A stretch of DNA of 64,000 bases, taken from positions 28,207 through 92,206 of IMG/VR virus record IMGVR_UViG_3300031992_000057. One strand, 5' to 3'. The DNA comes from a virus (taxonomy: Duplodnaviria; Caudoviricetes). This document shows positions 18,816 through 28,446 of the stretch, piece by piece. Every line of letters begins with the position of its first letter. Position 1 is the first letter of the stretch. The notes under the pieces are model-generated. The model saw nothing but the letters and a program-made list of their open reading frames with translations. It was not told where the DNA came from and ran no database searches. The position numbers were made by a program, and so were the translations under genes.

Positions 18816-19498
18816 TCATGCCTCCTTACGGGCGGGAGTCCGCCCTGAAACACCATGACGAGCGGCTGCTTGCCCTCGTTCTTTTTCTTCTCGGGGTCCT
18901 CCCCGTCAAGGCTGGCCACGGTGCCGGCTTCCGACAGTCCCGTGAGCGTATGCTCGACCTTCGCGGCCGCGGCCCACGCCTCCGTCGCCGACTTGACGCT
19001 GGTCTCGCCCTCCTCGAGCTTCTCCATCGCCTTGTCGCGCAGCTGCTTCGCCTGCTCGAGCTGCTCGTTCACGATCTGCGTCCGCCTCTCGGCCCGCACC
19101 TTCGCGAGCTCCATGACGCTCTGCGTCTGCCGGGCGGCGAGCTCCTGCCTGAGGAGCCGGTCCCACCCAAAGTTGTACGCCCAGATGGAGACGGTGCGCT
19201 CGGGGACACCGACGAGCGAGGCCACGTCCTGTATGGCGAGGCCCTTCGTCACGTACGCGACCATCGCGCTCTTGCGCTTCTCCGCGTCCGCGTAGGACGG
19301 GTAGAGCTCGGCGACCGCCCTGTCGCCGTCGGGATCCCCGGTCAGCTCGGCCGCCGTCGACTTGAGCAGGGCCTCCCTGTTCTCCGCCACGGACGCCTCG
19401 GTGGGCGCGGGCGGCAGGGACGAGTTGTCCGCCACGACGACCTCGCCGATCGGGGTGCCGTGCTCGGTGAGGAGTATGGACTCGTTGGGGTTATCCAT
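18812..19498 (-). CDS. HTH protein, terminase small subunit-like
   Basis: GLAIQDVASLVGVPERTVSIWA...W HTH followed by coiled coil. Confidence 0.55.
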   Translation of the reverse strand: MDNPNESILLTEHGTPIGEVVVADNSSLPPAPTEASVAENREALLKSTAAELTGDPDGDRAVAELYPSYADAEKRKSAMVAYVTKGLAIQDVASLVGVPERTVSIWAYNFGWDRLLRQELAARQTQSVMELAKVRAERRTQIVNEQLEQAKQLRDKAMEKLEEGETSVKSATEAWAAAAKVEHTLTGLSEAGTVASLDGEDPEKKKNEGKQPLVMVFQGGLPPVRRHE

Positions 19499-19985
19499 GG
19501 TGCCGCCTCCCCCACTCAGCCATCAAAAGCGCTTCGCAGATCCCGTCGTGCGGCTTGGTGCACTTCGGGGTCCTGCGGAGGTCAACGCCGGGGAACAGCC
19601 TCTGCGCCACCTCAATGGACGTGTTCTTGTCGCTCGTGCAGCTGAACTCCTTCTTCCACTTCTGCGGGCGGACGAGCTCGTACGGGATGCGGAACGCCGT
19701 CAGCAGCCCAAGGATGAAACCGAAGTTCTGCCCGAACGAGAAGCAGCTCGTCACGCCCTGGCCGGGCATGGCGCTCACATGCTCGACCACGCAGAAGACC
19801 TCGGTCTTTGGGACGTGCATGATCGCCTCGAGATCCTTCTCCGCCTCCGTCCTGCAGAAGTCGAGGCGGCGCAGCTGGTTCGCGTACTCCGTCTCGCTGA
19901 ACGGGATGAGGATCGGGGTCTCGCGATACCCGAGTATCGCAAGACAGCCATCCTTCCCAGGATCTATGCCTATGAACACTTTCAT
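19491..19985 (-). CDS. RuvC-like Holliday junction resolvase
   Basis: IGIDPG, VEHV, SFGQNFG, PQKWKK, DGICEALL. Confidence 0.85.
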   Translation of the reverse strand: MKVFIGIDPGKDGCLAILGYRETPILIPFSETEYANQLRRLDFCRTEAEKDLEAIMHVPKTEVFCVVEHVSAMPGQGVTSCFSFGQNFGFILGLLTAFRIPYELVRPQKWKKEFSCTSDKNTSIEVAQRLFPGVDLRRTPKCTKPHDGICEALLMAEWGRRHHG

Positions 19986-19999
19986 GCCTTTGGCCGCGT

Positions 20000-20029
20000 A
20001 TTGTACCACAACGCCGACGTCGGTGTCAA
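20000..20029 (-). promoter_or_regulatory. Operator-containing promoter, copy 2
   Basis: TTGACA-N18-TACAAT; palindrome with one mismatch at 20011-20026. Confidence 0.85.
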
Positions 20030-20049
20030 GCATCCTTGTGGGGATTTTT

Positions 20050-22392
20050 TCATTTTTGCCTCCTCAGCACGTACGGGATCGACCAGCGGTGCAGCCGCTC
20101 GTCGTACCCCAGGTTGTAGCCTCCGCTCTTGTAGAGCGTCAGCAGGTTCTGGTGGAGCGTCCGCGAGTCTATGACCTCCCTCGCGAGCGCGTCGTCGACC
20201 GTCTTGATCCACTTGAAGACCTTGACGGCGGGGCCCTCGATTATCCAGCCCTCCGCGTCGCCCCTCTCCGTGTCGTCCTTCGTGCCCGTCGTCTCCTCGA
20301 TGCACGCGTCGAGGACGTCGACGAGGATCTGCGTAAGCCCGTTCTCCGCCGACGCCTGCGCCATGTCGGAGTGCTGCACGGCCTTGACGCCGAAGCGCTC
20401 GTCCCTTATCTCGGCGGGTATCTTCCACCCGAGCAGGAACCGCGCGAACGCCGGGAGCTCCCCGGAGAGCCACGCCTGGTTCTCATCCGTGGTGCCGAAG
20501 GAATACTTGGCGCCGCCGAGGCGAAGCATGGTGAACTTGTCCCTCGTCGACATGTCGAGGTCGGGGAGAACCGAGAGCGACTGCGAGTCGACGTTCGACA
20601 GGATCACCACCCTGCCGGGCCACGGAAGCCCCTCGACCGCCGAGCCGAACTTCGCCTCGCACCGGACGCGTCCGTTCGCCGCGACGACCTTGAGCGCCTC
20701 GGTGAACTTGAGCCTGTCCCTGTGCGTCTTGGAGCCGAGCTTGTCGTCGATGACGTGGACGGGCTTCTTCACCGTCTCGGAGTTGAAGCGGCTACCTTCG
20801 AGGTACATCTTGTCGGCGTAGTCCCAGCCGCCCATGAGACGACCGAGGAGCTCGGTCGCGAAGAACGACTTGCCTATCCCGGTCGGCCCGGCAAGGATGA
20901 GAACCGTACCGGGGGAGGGAACCTCGGACATCTTCGCCGCGTTCCAGTAGAAGTGCGAGAGCCACGAGATGAGGTGGATGAGCTGCGGGTCCTTCAGGTA
21001 CTCGAACGGCTGGCCGTCACTCGGGCGGTGGAGCGGGAAGCCGTCGGCCGCCCACTGGTCGAACGTCCCCTGCCCGCGCATGAACATGGCCGTCATGTAG
21101 TGGTGGATGTGCGGGAACCCGGAGACGGCGAACGGGTTGTCCCACTCGCAGATCGACGGGTCCTTCTTGTAGCACTCGGGGCAGCTGACCTTCTCCATGT
21201 CCTCGGGCGTGACAAACGCGAGGCGGGGGGCAGGCTTCACGACCGTGATGAGCGACGTGTTCAAGACCGACCCCACTCCGGCGACGCGGATCTTCCCCGC
21301 CGGGCGGTAGATGACCGGTGCCACCACGTCCACGACGTTGCGCCGCGTGATCGTGTAGAGGGCCCTGTCCAGTTCGCTCATGTCCTCGCCCTTCGCGGGC
21401 TTCGTGGCGAGCTTCGCCTCCGCAATGAGGTCGCGGCGCAGCACCTTCTCGGTGCGCTTCTCAAAGTGGACGGGCGTGTCGTTCCTGAAGAAGCGCCAGA
21501 ACTCGTCCTTCGTATGGCAGTACCAGGTGTCCTCGAAGAACGGGGCCATCGACTTGGCACGGTAGGTCTCGCAGAAGGCGTTGCCCAGCAGGCGAGGCCA
21601 GCTCATGAACCCGCCGTCGTGGCCGGTGTAGACGCGCACGCCGTCCTTGGTGAACTGGGCGCCCGACGGGTTGTCGGCGCTCGCGTCCCAAAACCGGACG
21701 CACCGGGTTCCGATGTGGATGTCGCGCGGCGGCTCGTGCGCCCACTCGCGCTTCCTGATCTCCTCGGCCACGACCTCGAACGGGATGTCCACCACGTCCT
21801 CGACGTACCGCTTCGACTTCGATTCCCACAGCTTCACGTCCCACTGCACGATCTCCTCGTTCGGCACGGAGACCTTGGAGAACTCGTGCCACTCGCGGCC
21901 GATGTCCATCACCTGCGTGCATTTCTCGGACTCGGGGTCGTACCCGACGCCCCACCTCACGGCCTTCAGCTTGGTCGCGATGATGTGGATGAGGTCATTC
22001 GCGTGGACGTTGCCCGTCACGGCGACCGGACGCTCGAACATCCACACGAGATGCAACTTGCCCGACTGCGAGACACTCCACCACCTCGGCTTGTAGCGAC
22101 TCGGCGGCTTCGACTTCACGGCCTCGATGATGTCCGAAGTGAACACGCCGTCATAGTCCGCGACCCAGCCATGAAGCATGGCGCACTGGTTTCCAACCGA
22201 GACCGTGAACGCCGGGTTCTGCCCCTCGCATAGCGAGAACAGGCAATGCTTCGTCTCAGGGTTCATCCAGCGCGCCTTGTACGCGTCCTTGCCCAGGTTC
22301 AGCACGGACTCCTCGACCGGGAAGTCCTCCCAGGGCTTCTCGGAGACCGTGACGTGGTCAGTCGTGAGGTTGGGGAGACAGAAGAACTTCAT
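20050..22392 (-). CDS. AEP primase(-polymerase) fused to SF3 helicase
   Basis: ADYD and SQSGKLH primase motifs; Walker A GPTGIGKS, Walker B VIDD, ILSN. Confidence 0.8.
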   Translation of the reverse strand: MKFFCLPNLTTDHVTVSEKPWEDFPVEESVLNLGKDAYKARWMNPETKHCLFSLCEGQNPAFTVSVGNQCAMLHGWVADYDGVFTSDIIEAVKSKPPSRYKPRWWSVSQSGKLHLVWMFERPVAVTGNVHANDLIHIIATKLKAVRWGVGYDPESEKCTQVMDIGREWHEFSKVSVPNEEIVQWDVKLWESKSKRYVEDVVDIPFEVVAEEIRKREWAHEPPRDIHIGTRCVRFWDASADNPSGAQFTKDGVRVYTGHDGGFMSWPRLLGNAFCETYRAKSMAPFFEDTWYCHTKDEFWRFFRNDTPVHFEKRTEKVLRRDLIAEAKLATKPAKGEDMSELDRALYTITRRNVVDVVAPVIYRPAGKIRVAGVGSVLNTSLITVVKPAPRLAFVTPEDMEKVSCPECYKKDPSICEWDNPFAVSGFPHIHHYMTAMFMRGQGTFDQWAADGFPLHRPSDGQPFEYLKDPQLIHLISWLSHFYWNAAKMSEVPSPGTVLILAGPTGIGKSFFATELLGRLMGGWDYADKMYLEGSRFNSETVKKPVHVIDDKLGSKTHRDRLKFTEALKVVAANGRVRCEAKFGSAVEGLPWPGRVVILSNVDSQSLSVLPDLDMSTRDKFTMLRLGGAKYSFGTTDENQAWLSGELPAFARFLLGWKIPAEIRDERFGVKAVQHSDMAQASAENGLTQILVDVLDACIEETTGTKDDTERGDAEGWIIEGPAVKVFKWIKTVDDALAREVIDSRTLHQNLLTLYKSGGYNLGYDERLHRWSIPYVLRRQK

Positions 22393-22790
22393 CGCACCAG
22401 CTCCCTTCCGCCGTCGTCCAAGGACCAACCGGGGTCCTTTATCCTGGCGAGCTCGCAGGCAAGATCCCTCAAGCGCTCATCGGCGGTGGCCTCGGAGGGC
22501 GGCAAGATCAACCCGCCGGTGCGACGCGTCGCCAACTCGGCTATGGCGCACCCGACCGCGGTCCACACGGGTCCTTTCACACCGATGAAGGTCTGGGGTT
22601 CCGGAGCCTCGTGCCCCGGCTTCGAACCGTACGTCCACGCGGGGACCTTTCCGCAACCGCGTCTAAAATGGCCGGACCACCACATCCGCAGGTCATGTGT
22701 CCAGTTGTGCTCGGGGGCTACGCCGCGCTCGAACAGGCGACGGCAGACCTCACACCCGTTCCATGGGTCTACTTGTGATAGCGGTCGCAT
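22389..22790 (-). CDS. Hypothetical protein
   Basis: Between polymerase and primase; ATGA coupling. Confidence 0.55.
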   Translation of the reverse strand: MRPLSQVDPWNGCEVCRRLFERGVAPEHNWTHDLRMWWSGHFRRGCGKVPAWTYGSKPGHEAPEPQTFIGVKGPVWTAVGCAIAELATRRTGGLILPPSEATADERLRDLACELARIKDPGWSLDDGGRELVR

Positions 22791-24847
22791 ACGTCGCCCT
22801 CCACTTCCAGCGCGAGGCCCTTGGTCCAGTCTCTGATGTAGTCCCCGGACGTCATCGTCTGCGGGATGACGGTGCTCGCCTCCTCGGCCTCCTGTTCGGG
22901 GACCTCGAACACGATCTCGTCGTACACGGAGAAGACGTACCTCCACGAAGGGTGCTTCTTCTCGATTTCGACGGCGGAGTACGCCATGATGTCGCGGCAT
23001 GACGCCTGCACGATGTTCTCCATGATGTTCCCGCCCGTGAAGAACGTCGCGGGGTTCCCGCGAACCGTCGTCGCCTTGATAGCGATGCGGAAGGACGGAT
23101 GCTCGATGCCGTTCTCGTCCACCTCGACCGTCTCCTCCTTGCATAGGTGTGGGTCGAAGTAGCGCTTCACGCGCCCGCTCGGGAGGCGGAACGCGACCGT
23201 GGACTTCCCGGCGGCGATGCGCTGCTTGAACACATCCTCGTACTCGCGCCACTTGGCGACGATCTTGGAGTTCGCATTGCGCCAGTCGCTCACGATCTGA
23301 AGGGACCGAATGAGCTGTCCCACCTTGGTGCGGTTGCGCTCGGAATACAGGTCCCCCTTGATGCGGGCCACGTTCCGCAGTATGAACAGGAGTCTCCGGT
23401 CGAGCTCGGGCCACTCGTCGACGGGGACGGAGGGAAGTTCCAGTCCCTGCGACTTGCAGGAGTCGACGAACTTCGCCGCTCCCATTCCGTACCCAAGGCC
23501 GAGAACGCAGCATTTGGCCAATCTGTAGACATCAGGTTTCTCCTTCTTTATCTTCTCGCCGGGCCGGCACCAACCCATCATCACGGCGTTCGCCTGGTAG
23601 AGGTTGCCCTCGCGCTTCATCGCCTCCATCATGTGCATGTCGTCCACGAGCCACAGGGAGAAGCGGGCTTCAATTTGGCTGTAATCGTAGATGACGAACT
23701 TGTGTCCAGGGCGCGCGATGTACATCCCGCGGATGTTGACGCCCTTCCCGCCGAAGACATGCTCGTCCCCCTGGAGGATCGGCTTGCGCGGCAAATTTAG
23801 TAGATTTCCGGCGCTCTTGCCGGAGTCACTCTTGCCGGAGTCGCGGCCTGTATGCGCCCCGAAAAAGAGGAACTGCGGATGAGAGCACCCGTCAGCGTCG
23901 ACCGAGTCGATGATGCCCTCAATGCGTGCCGAGTGCATGTTGATCGCGACCGCCTTCTGCCTCGCTGCGATGAACGGGACGTCGTCGTGCTCCTTCTGCC
24001 AGTCGAGGAACCCGGGGTCGTCCTTCTTGAACGACTTCGGCGGCTCGATGCCGAGCGCGATGACGGCCTGGCGCAGGGCCGGAAGCGACCCCACGGGCTT
24101 CTCGGGGTACCACGGGACGTCCGCGACGACCTCGGCGTGGTAGCGCTTCAGCTCCTTCAACGCGGCCTTGGCATACTCGACGTCGACCATCACTCCGCGT
24201 ATGGTCGCCTCGCGCTTCTGCGAAGAAATCTGCCGCTCGATTTCGGGGAACTCGGAAGAGAACCTCTCCCACAATTCCAGGCACTCGAGCGCGTCGCTGC
24301 CGCCGTACTCAACGAGAGCCCGGTATTCTTCGGGCGACAGATCGGTGTCGTGACGCCCGTCCATTGCCGATCTCACCGCCTTGCTTATGTCGCGGCCGAA
24401 AAGCTGTTTCATCGCGTCTTTCAGCGAACGCTTGCACAGGAGATACGCCGTCATGTCCGCCGTGCAAACATACTCCACGTCGTCCAGTACGTTCGGGATG
24501 ATGCCGCGCTTCATACACTCGATCAGACAGCGTTCGTCAAATGAAGCGTTATGGATGGCGATGATGTGGTGGTTCACGCGCTCCCACCACGGGAACGACT
24601 CGGGGCGGCCGACGAACAGCTGGACGCCGCTGGCGTCCTCGGACATCATGACGCGGTCCTTATACCCGGGCGTCGGAGTGCCTTCGGGGAACAGACCTCG
24701 GCCCGCGATCGCGACGAGATACGGGTTGAACCTCGGATCGGAACAGTACTGGTCGGTAGTCATGCTAGACAGCGAGTAACCGGCCTTCGTGTCATAGTCC
24801 GTTTCAAAATCGACGGAGAAGACCTGGCTGTCGGGGAACTTACCCAT
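22769..24847 (-). CDS. Family A DNA polymerase with 3'-5' exonuclease
   Basis: Exo DFET, HNASFD, YGGSD; motif A DYSQIEAR; motif B RLAKCCVLGLGYGMG; motif C VYDEI. Confidence 0.92.
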   Translation of the reverse strand: MGKFPDSQVFSVDFETDYDTKAGYSLSSMTTDQYCSDPRFNPYLVAIAGRGLFPEGTPTPGYKDRVMMSEDASGVQLFVGRPESFPWWERVNHHIIAIHNASFDERCLIECMKRGIIPNVLDDVEYVCTADMTAYLLCKRSLKDAMKQLFGRDISKAVRSAMDGRHDTDLSPEEYRALVEYGGSDALECLELWERFSSEFPEIERQISSQKREATIRGVMVDVEYAKAALKELKRYHAEVVADVPWYPEKPVGSLPALRQAVIALGIEPPKSFKKDDPGFLDWQKEHDDVPFIAARQKAVAINMHSARIEGIIDSVDADGCSHPQFLFFGAHTGRDSGKSDSGKSAGNLLNLPRKPILQGDEHVFGGKGVNIRGMYIARPGHKFVIYDYSQIEARFSLWLVDDMHMMEAMKREGNLYQANAVMMGWCRPGEKIKKEKPDVYRLAKCCVLGLGYGMGAAKFVDSCKSQGLELPSVPVDEWPELDRRLLFILRNVARIKGDLYSERNRTKVGQLIRSLQIVSDWRNANSKIVAKWREYEDVFKQRIAAGKSTVAFRLPSGRVKRYFDPHLCKEETVEVDENGIEHPSFRIAIKATTVRGNPATFFTGGNIMENIVQASCRDIMAYSAVEIEKKHPSWRYVFSVYDEIVFEVPEQEAEEASTVIPQTMTSGDYIRDWTKGLALEVEGDVCDRYHK

Positions 24848-25427
24848 GAAGCACCTCCCACTTGTACCCGCCTGCGGTCTTCAGGAACCCGTGCAGGACC
24901 CGCGAGATGCAGCACCCGCTGGCACCGGTGACACGTGCCCCCTCCTTGAGGCTCGGGAACTCGATCCGGTGCCCGGTCCAGTCCGTTGCGACCACGGGCA
25001 CCTTGTTCAGCTTGATGGCCCGTCGCGCGTTTGCACTCACGGCCTTCCGGTGCAACTCACGGGTCAGCGGATTGTCAATAATGTTCTCGCGATGCGTCAC
25101 GTCGCGGAGATTCTCGAGCCGGTTGTCCGACGGGTCACGATTGACGTGGTCGATCTCTCCCTTCAATTCCCCGACGAACACCTCGTACACAAGCCTGTGT
25201 ACGGACATGTCCAGTTTGAGCGCTTTCGTATGGACTCCAACATGGTAGTACCCGAGGTTATTCCTCGTGCCTTTCCACGGAACCTGCCTTCTCGGTGTCG
25301 TGACGAGTCCGTTCCGGCCCACGAACACCTTTCCGTTGCTCTCGGCAACCTCGACGTACTCGACGCCATTTATCTCCTTCCGAAGTTTACCCGCGTGGAA
25401 GTGACGCGCTTTCTTATCAGACAACAT
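24840..25427 (-). CDS. HNH homing endonuclease (HNH_3 plus NUMOD1-like)
   Basis: VHRLV...IDHVNRDPSDNRLENL...EN; C-terminal FPSLKEGAR...TAGGYKW. Confidence 0.9.
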   Translation of the reverse strand: MLSDKKARHFHAGKLRKEINGVEYVEVAESNGKVFVGRNGLVTTPRRQVPWKGTRNNLGYYHVGVHTKALKLDMSVHRLVYEVFVGELKGEIDHVNRDPSDNRLENLRDVTHRENIIDNPLTRELHRKAVSANARRAIKLNKVPVVATDWTGHRIEFPSLKEGARVTGASGCCISRVLHGFLKTAGGYKWEVLHG

Positions 25428-25457
25428 GTTGTCTCCTTGTTTTTCCAAATGGCGCGA

Positions 25458-25487
25458 ATTGTACCACAGCACCGACGTCGGTGTCAA
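25458..25487 (-). promoter_or_regulatory. Operator-containing promoter, copy 3
   Basis: TTGACA-N18-TACAAT; CACCGACGTCGGTG at 25470-25483. Confidence 0.85.
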
Positions 25488-25903
25488 GATACTTTTTTCA
25501 GAAATTTTCTCGAGCTCTCGACGAGCCGCGCGACGACGCGCCGGAGCGACTCCGTCTGCCTCCTCGTGAGCCGTGCGTCGATGGGGTATGTCGAAAGGAC
25601 GTTCTGCAGCGCGCACCTCGTCTCGGCGAAGAACGCGGCGGCCTCGGCGAAGTCCGGCTTCATGCGCTTCCCGAAACGCGCCCGCCACAGCTGGTCCTCG
25701 GCGAACGCCGCCAGGGCGTACACGCCGAACACGGGGCGCTTCAGCGGCGCGCCCGACACGTACCACGCCTCGGCATGGTGTACGAGCCCCTTTCTCGGCC
25801 AGAGGAACCGCCGTCCGTCCAGAGCCTCGCGGTACCTCCGCCTGATCCCGTCGCCACACTCGTACACGATGACGACCTTTCCGTCGACCTTTTCCCTTTT
25901 CAT
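25484..25903 (-). CDS. Hypothetical protein
   Basis: GAGG RBS; ATGA coupling. Confidence 0.6.
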   Translation of the reverse strand: MKREKVDGKVVIVYECGDGIRRRYREALDGRRFLWPRKGLVHHAEAWYVSGAPLKRPVFGVYALAAFAEDQLWRARFGKRMKPDFAEAAAFFAETRCALQNVLSTYPIDARLTRRQTESLRRVVARLVESSRKFLKKVS

Positions 25904-26076
25904 TCGGTGTCCCTCGCCACAAGCATCTCGACACGCACGTGCGACACGCCCGGTGTCGAGCACACGCGCCTGAACTCGCTGTCAATGTCGACAACCACTG
26001 TGTCATCGACGCCGCGCAGGGCGGCCTTCAAGTCACCCGCCGTGCACGGCAGGTCGATTATCCTTTTGCTCTCCAT
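25900..26076 (-). CDS. Small hypothetical protein, probably leaderless
   Basis: ATG 8 nt downstream of -10 box. Confidence 0.55.
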   Translation of the reverse strand: MESKRIIDLPCTAGDLKAALRGVDDTVVVDIDSEFRRVCSTPGVSHVRVEMLVARDTE

Positions 26077-26084
26077 GGGCGCGA

Positions 26085-26114
26085 ATTGTACCACAGCACC
26101 GACGTCGGTGTCAA
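26085..26114 (-). promoter_or_regulatory. Operator-containing promoter, copy 4
   Basis: Identical to copy 3 over 38 bp (26078-26115 = 25451-25488). Confidence 0.85.
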
Positions 26115-26129
26115 GCGCAAAGAATAAAA

Positions 26130-26158
26130 TTGCTCTCGCTGGCGGATTGTGGTACAAT
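26130..26158 (+). promoter_or_regulatory. Divergent extended -10 promoter
   Basis: TTGCTC-N17-TACAAT with TGTGG; ATG 7 nt downstream. Confidence 0.7.
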
Positions 26159-26165
26159 ACGCGCC

Positions 26166-27344
26166 ATGAGCACTTCATCATACCCTCAGTTCAGCATAAT
26201 GAACCCGTCCGACTTCAAATTCAGATCGTCGAACGATGACGCTGCGCTGGACAGTTCGTCGCACGAGGCCGGCAACACGCTTCTGCTTCTGCTGTTGGCC
26301 GCCTGTCTGAGAGAGTGGGCGACCGAACTTGAGAATCTCGTCAACGCATGGTCGTCTGTCTGGAACATCAAAAGCAACATCCCGAATATAACACGGCTGG
26401 ACGGCAACTTTTCAGACTTCCTGACCGGGTGCATTCCATCATGTCGTTACAGCGATGGGTCGATAGGCTGGGCAAAGACGGTCAATCATAGCAGATGGGA
26501 CCCGGGTCCGCCAGACGACAAAACCTCGACAGCCGACGTGCGCAACAGGTTCATCGAACTCGCGCGGCCAGAACGCAACGGAGAGCCAAGCATACTGCTT
26601 TCCGTAAGCGACCTCAAGGCGGCAGTGGCGTTCCTGTGCCAGCCAGGGGAGCAGATGTACTGGGCAACCAGCAATAGCTCTATGACATACGGAACCTTCG
26701 TACGCGCAGAATCCAGCGGAACATACACATCAGAACACTATCAGTACGAATACAACAAGGAAGGCGAACGGGTCAGCGAAACAACCATACCACAAGACAC
26801 AACAAGCATCCCATCAGGTTCGACTGATGGCGCAGTTGGAACCGAAATACAGCTTTCCTCCGAACGAAGAACCAGAACAGACCATCCGGAGAAGACTATA
26901 GAGAACGATGACGGATCGTACACTGTAACGACAGCATACTACACTGAAGCCATCTCAGAGAGCACAACTACATACGATGGAATAACATTTACATTTGAAC
27001 GCCCCATTCCATCTGCATACACGTTGGCCGAAGCCGGCACGCTGTTGTCCGACTGCAGGGTTCGAATTGCCTTCTATCCGTATGTGAGCATCGGCGAGGC
27101 TCGAACGCATCCGCCAATATCAAGCTCCACCCCCACATACATTGAACAAGATGTATCACCGTCATACGACAGCCAGAACCACAAACTGACATTCACGGTC
27201 TCTAACGTTGCCAGCTTGGTGCAGCCAAGCTGTGCCACAGTCATGGCATCATTTGGTGACACGACATACAAGTACAAAGGTGGTTTGATAGGCTCCGCTG
27301 AACTCAGCTGCAAACTCAACCCCCGTCAGCGCATGCTGACCTGA
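26166..27344 (+). CDS. Lower-GC Ser/Thr-rich accessory (moron-like) protein
   Basis: Only + strand gene in the - block; own promoter; A/C-rich composition. Confidence 0.75.
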   Translation: MSTSSYPQFSIMNPSDFKFRSSNDDAALDSSSHEAGNTLLLLLLAACLREWATELENLVNAWSSVWNIKSNIPNITRLDGNFSDFLTGCIPSCRYSDGSIGWAKTVNHSRWDPGPPDDKTSTADVRNRFIELARPERNGEPSILLSVSDLKAAVAFLCQPGEQMYWATSNSSMTYGTFVRAESSGTYTSEHYQYEYNKEGERVSETTIPQDTTSIPSGSTDGAVGTEIQLSSERRTRTDHPEKTIENDDGSYTVTTAYYTEAISESTTTYDGITFTFERPIPSAYTLAEAGTLLSDCRVRIAFYPYVSIGEARTHPPISSSTPTYIEQDVSPSYDSQNHKLTFTVSNVASLVQPSCATVMASFGDTTYKYKGGLIGSAELSCKLNPRQRMLT

Positions 27345-27410
27345 CATTCCGGAAATACAGTGCCATGTCAGACATCGTCGACGCGGCAGCGATCTGTCGC
27401 ACAGACGGGT

Positions 27411-27449
27411 AAAACAAAAGCCCCTCCATCCGTCTCCGGATGAAGGGGC
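27411..27449 (-). terminator. Intrinsic terminator
   Basis: GCCCCTTCATCCG-GAGA-CGGATGGAGGGGC then TTTTGTTTT. Confidence 0.8.
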
Positions 27450-27462
27450 CTTCGGCGCACCG

Positions 27463-28446
27463 TCAGAACTCCGTGTCGCCCACGTCGTCCATCGAGGCGG
27501 TGCCCGCCTTGACTGACATGAGGAACGCGGCGAAGTCCGCCTTCTCCTCGTCCGTGAACTCCCACGGCTTCCCGTCGCGCATCGCGCGCTCGAAGGCGTG
27601 CGTCGTGTACGTGATGCCCTGCTTGTTCGTGGCTTCGCAGGAGTAGATGTGGCACACGAGGCCGTTCACCGACCAGCGGTGCCCCTCGATCGCCTTCTTG
27701 TACCCCTCGGCGTCGATCTTCCCGTCGCGCAGCAGCTTCTTCTGCTCCTGCATGAACGCGAAGTCCGCGCGGGACTTGATGTTCCCGAGCGTCTGGTCGA
27801 GCGACTTGAAGTACTGCTTGTCGAACTCCATCCGTGCCGTCGTGTAGAGACGGTCGCCGATGGGATAGACGCGCAGGTCGTCGCTCTCGAGGGACTCGGG
27901 CACGGGGACCAGCATGAGGAGGTAGCAGAACCTCCCCAGGTTCGCCCTCATCTTCGGGCGCCCCGTGTCGGCCCACGTCTCGCCGGTCGGCTTGAGCGCG
28001 AGCGAGAAGCCCTCCGCTGCCGCGGCCGTGAGGCACGCCTCCTCGGTCATGGGCTTCCCGTCGGCGTCCTGCTGGCCGACGATCCAGCGCTTGGGCGCCA
28101 CGTTGTTGCCGGGCGAGTACGGGCGGTCCTCCTTGAATCCGTCGATCTTGTCGAGGATGATCCCGTAGATGCCGCCGTCCTTTCCGGCTTCGGCGACCTT
28201 CACGTTCGCGTCCTTCGACCTCCCGACGTAGAAGGCGCCCTCCTCGGGCTTGCCGTTCCTCGTCTCGCCCGTGCGCCACTGGCTCATGCCCTGGCCGATG
28301 CGGATGAACGGGAAGTCCAGCTGGACCCCCTGCACCTGCACCTCCGTCGACACCGCCGTCGGTTCGACGGTGGCGACCTGCGTGGACTTGGCGTCCACGA
28401 CCTCTTCCTTTGTTTCCTTGTTTTCCTGTGTGTTTCCTTTGTTCAT
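27463..28446 (-). CDS. Probable ssDNA-binding/recombination protein
   Basis: Replication-module position; FPFIRIGQGMS; acidic C-terminus ending in F. Confidence 0.55.
   Translation of the reverse strand: MNKGNTQENKETKEEVVDAKSTQVATVEPTAVSTEVQVQGVQLDFPFIRIGQGMSQWRTGETRNGKPEEGAFYVGRSKDANVKVAEAGKDGGIYGIILDKIDGFKEDRPYSPGNNVAPKRWIVGQQDADGKPMTEEACLTAAAAEGFSLALKPTGETWADTGRPKMRANLGRFCYLLMLVPVPESLESDDLRVYPIGDRLYTTARMEFDKQYFKSLDQTLGNIKSRADFAFMQEQKKLLRDGKIDAEGYKKAIEGHRWSVNGLVCHIYSCEATNKQGITYTTHAFERAMRDGKPWEFTDEEKADFAAFLMSVKAGTASMDDVGDTEF

Noticed and set aside
19555-22233. Long antisense ORFs (also 3326-5872, 34219-37119, 58160-60520, 63005-63970)
   Set aside because: Shadow frames of GC-rich genes; no motifs or RBS
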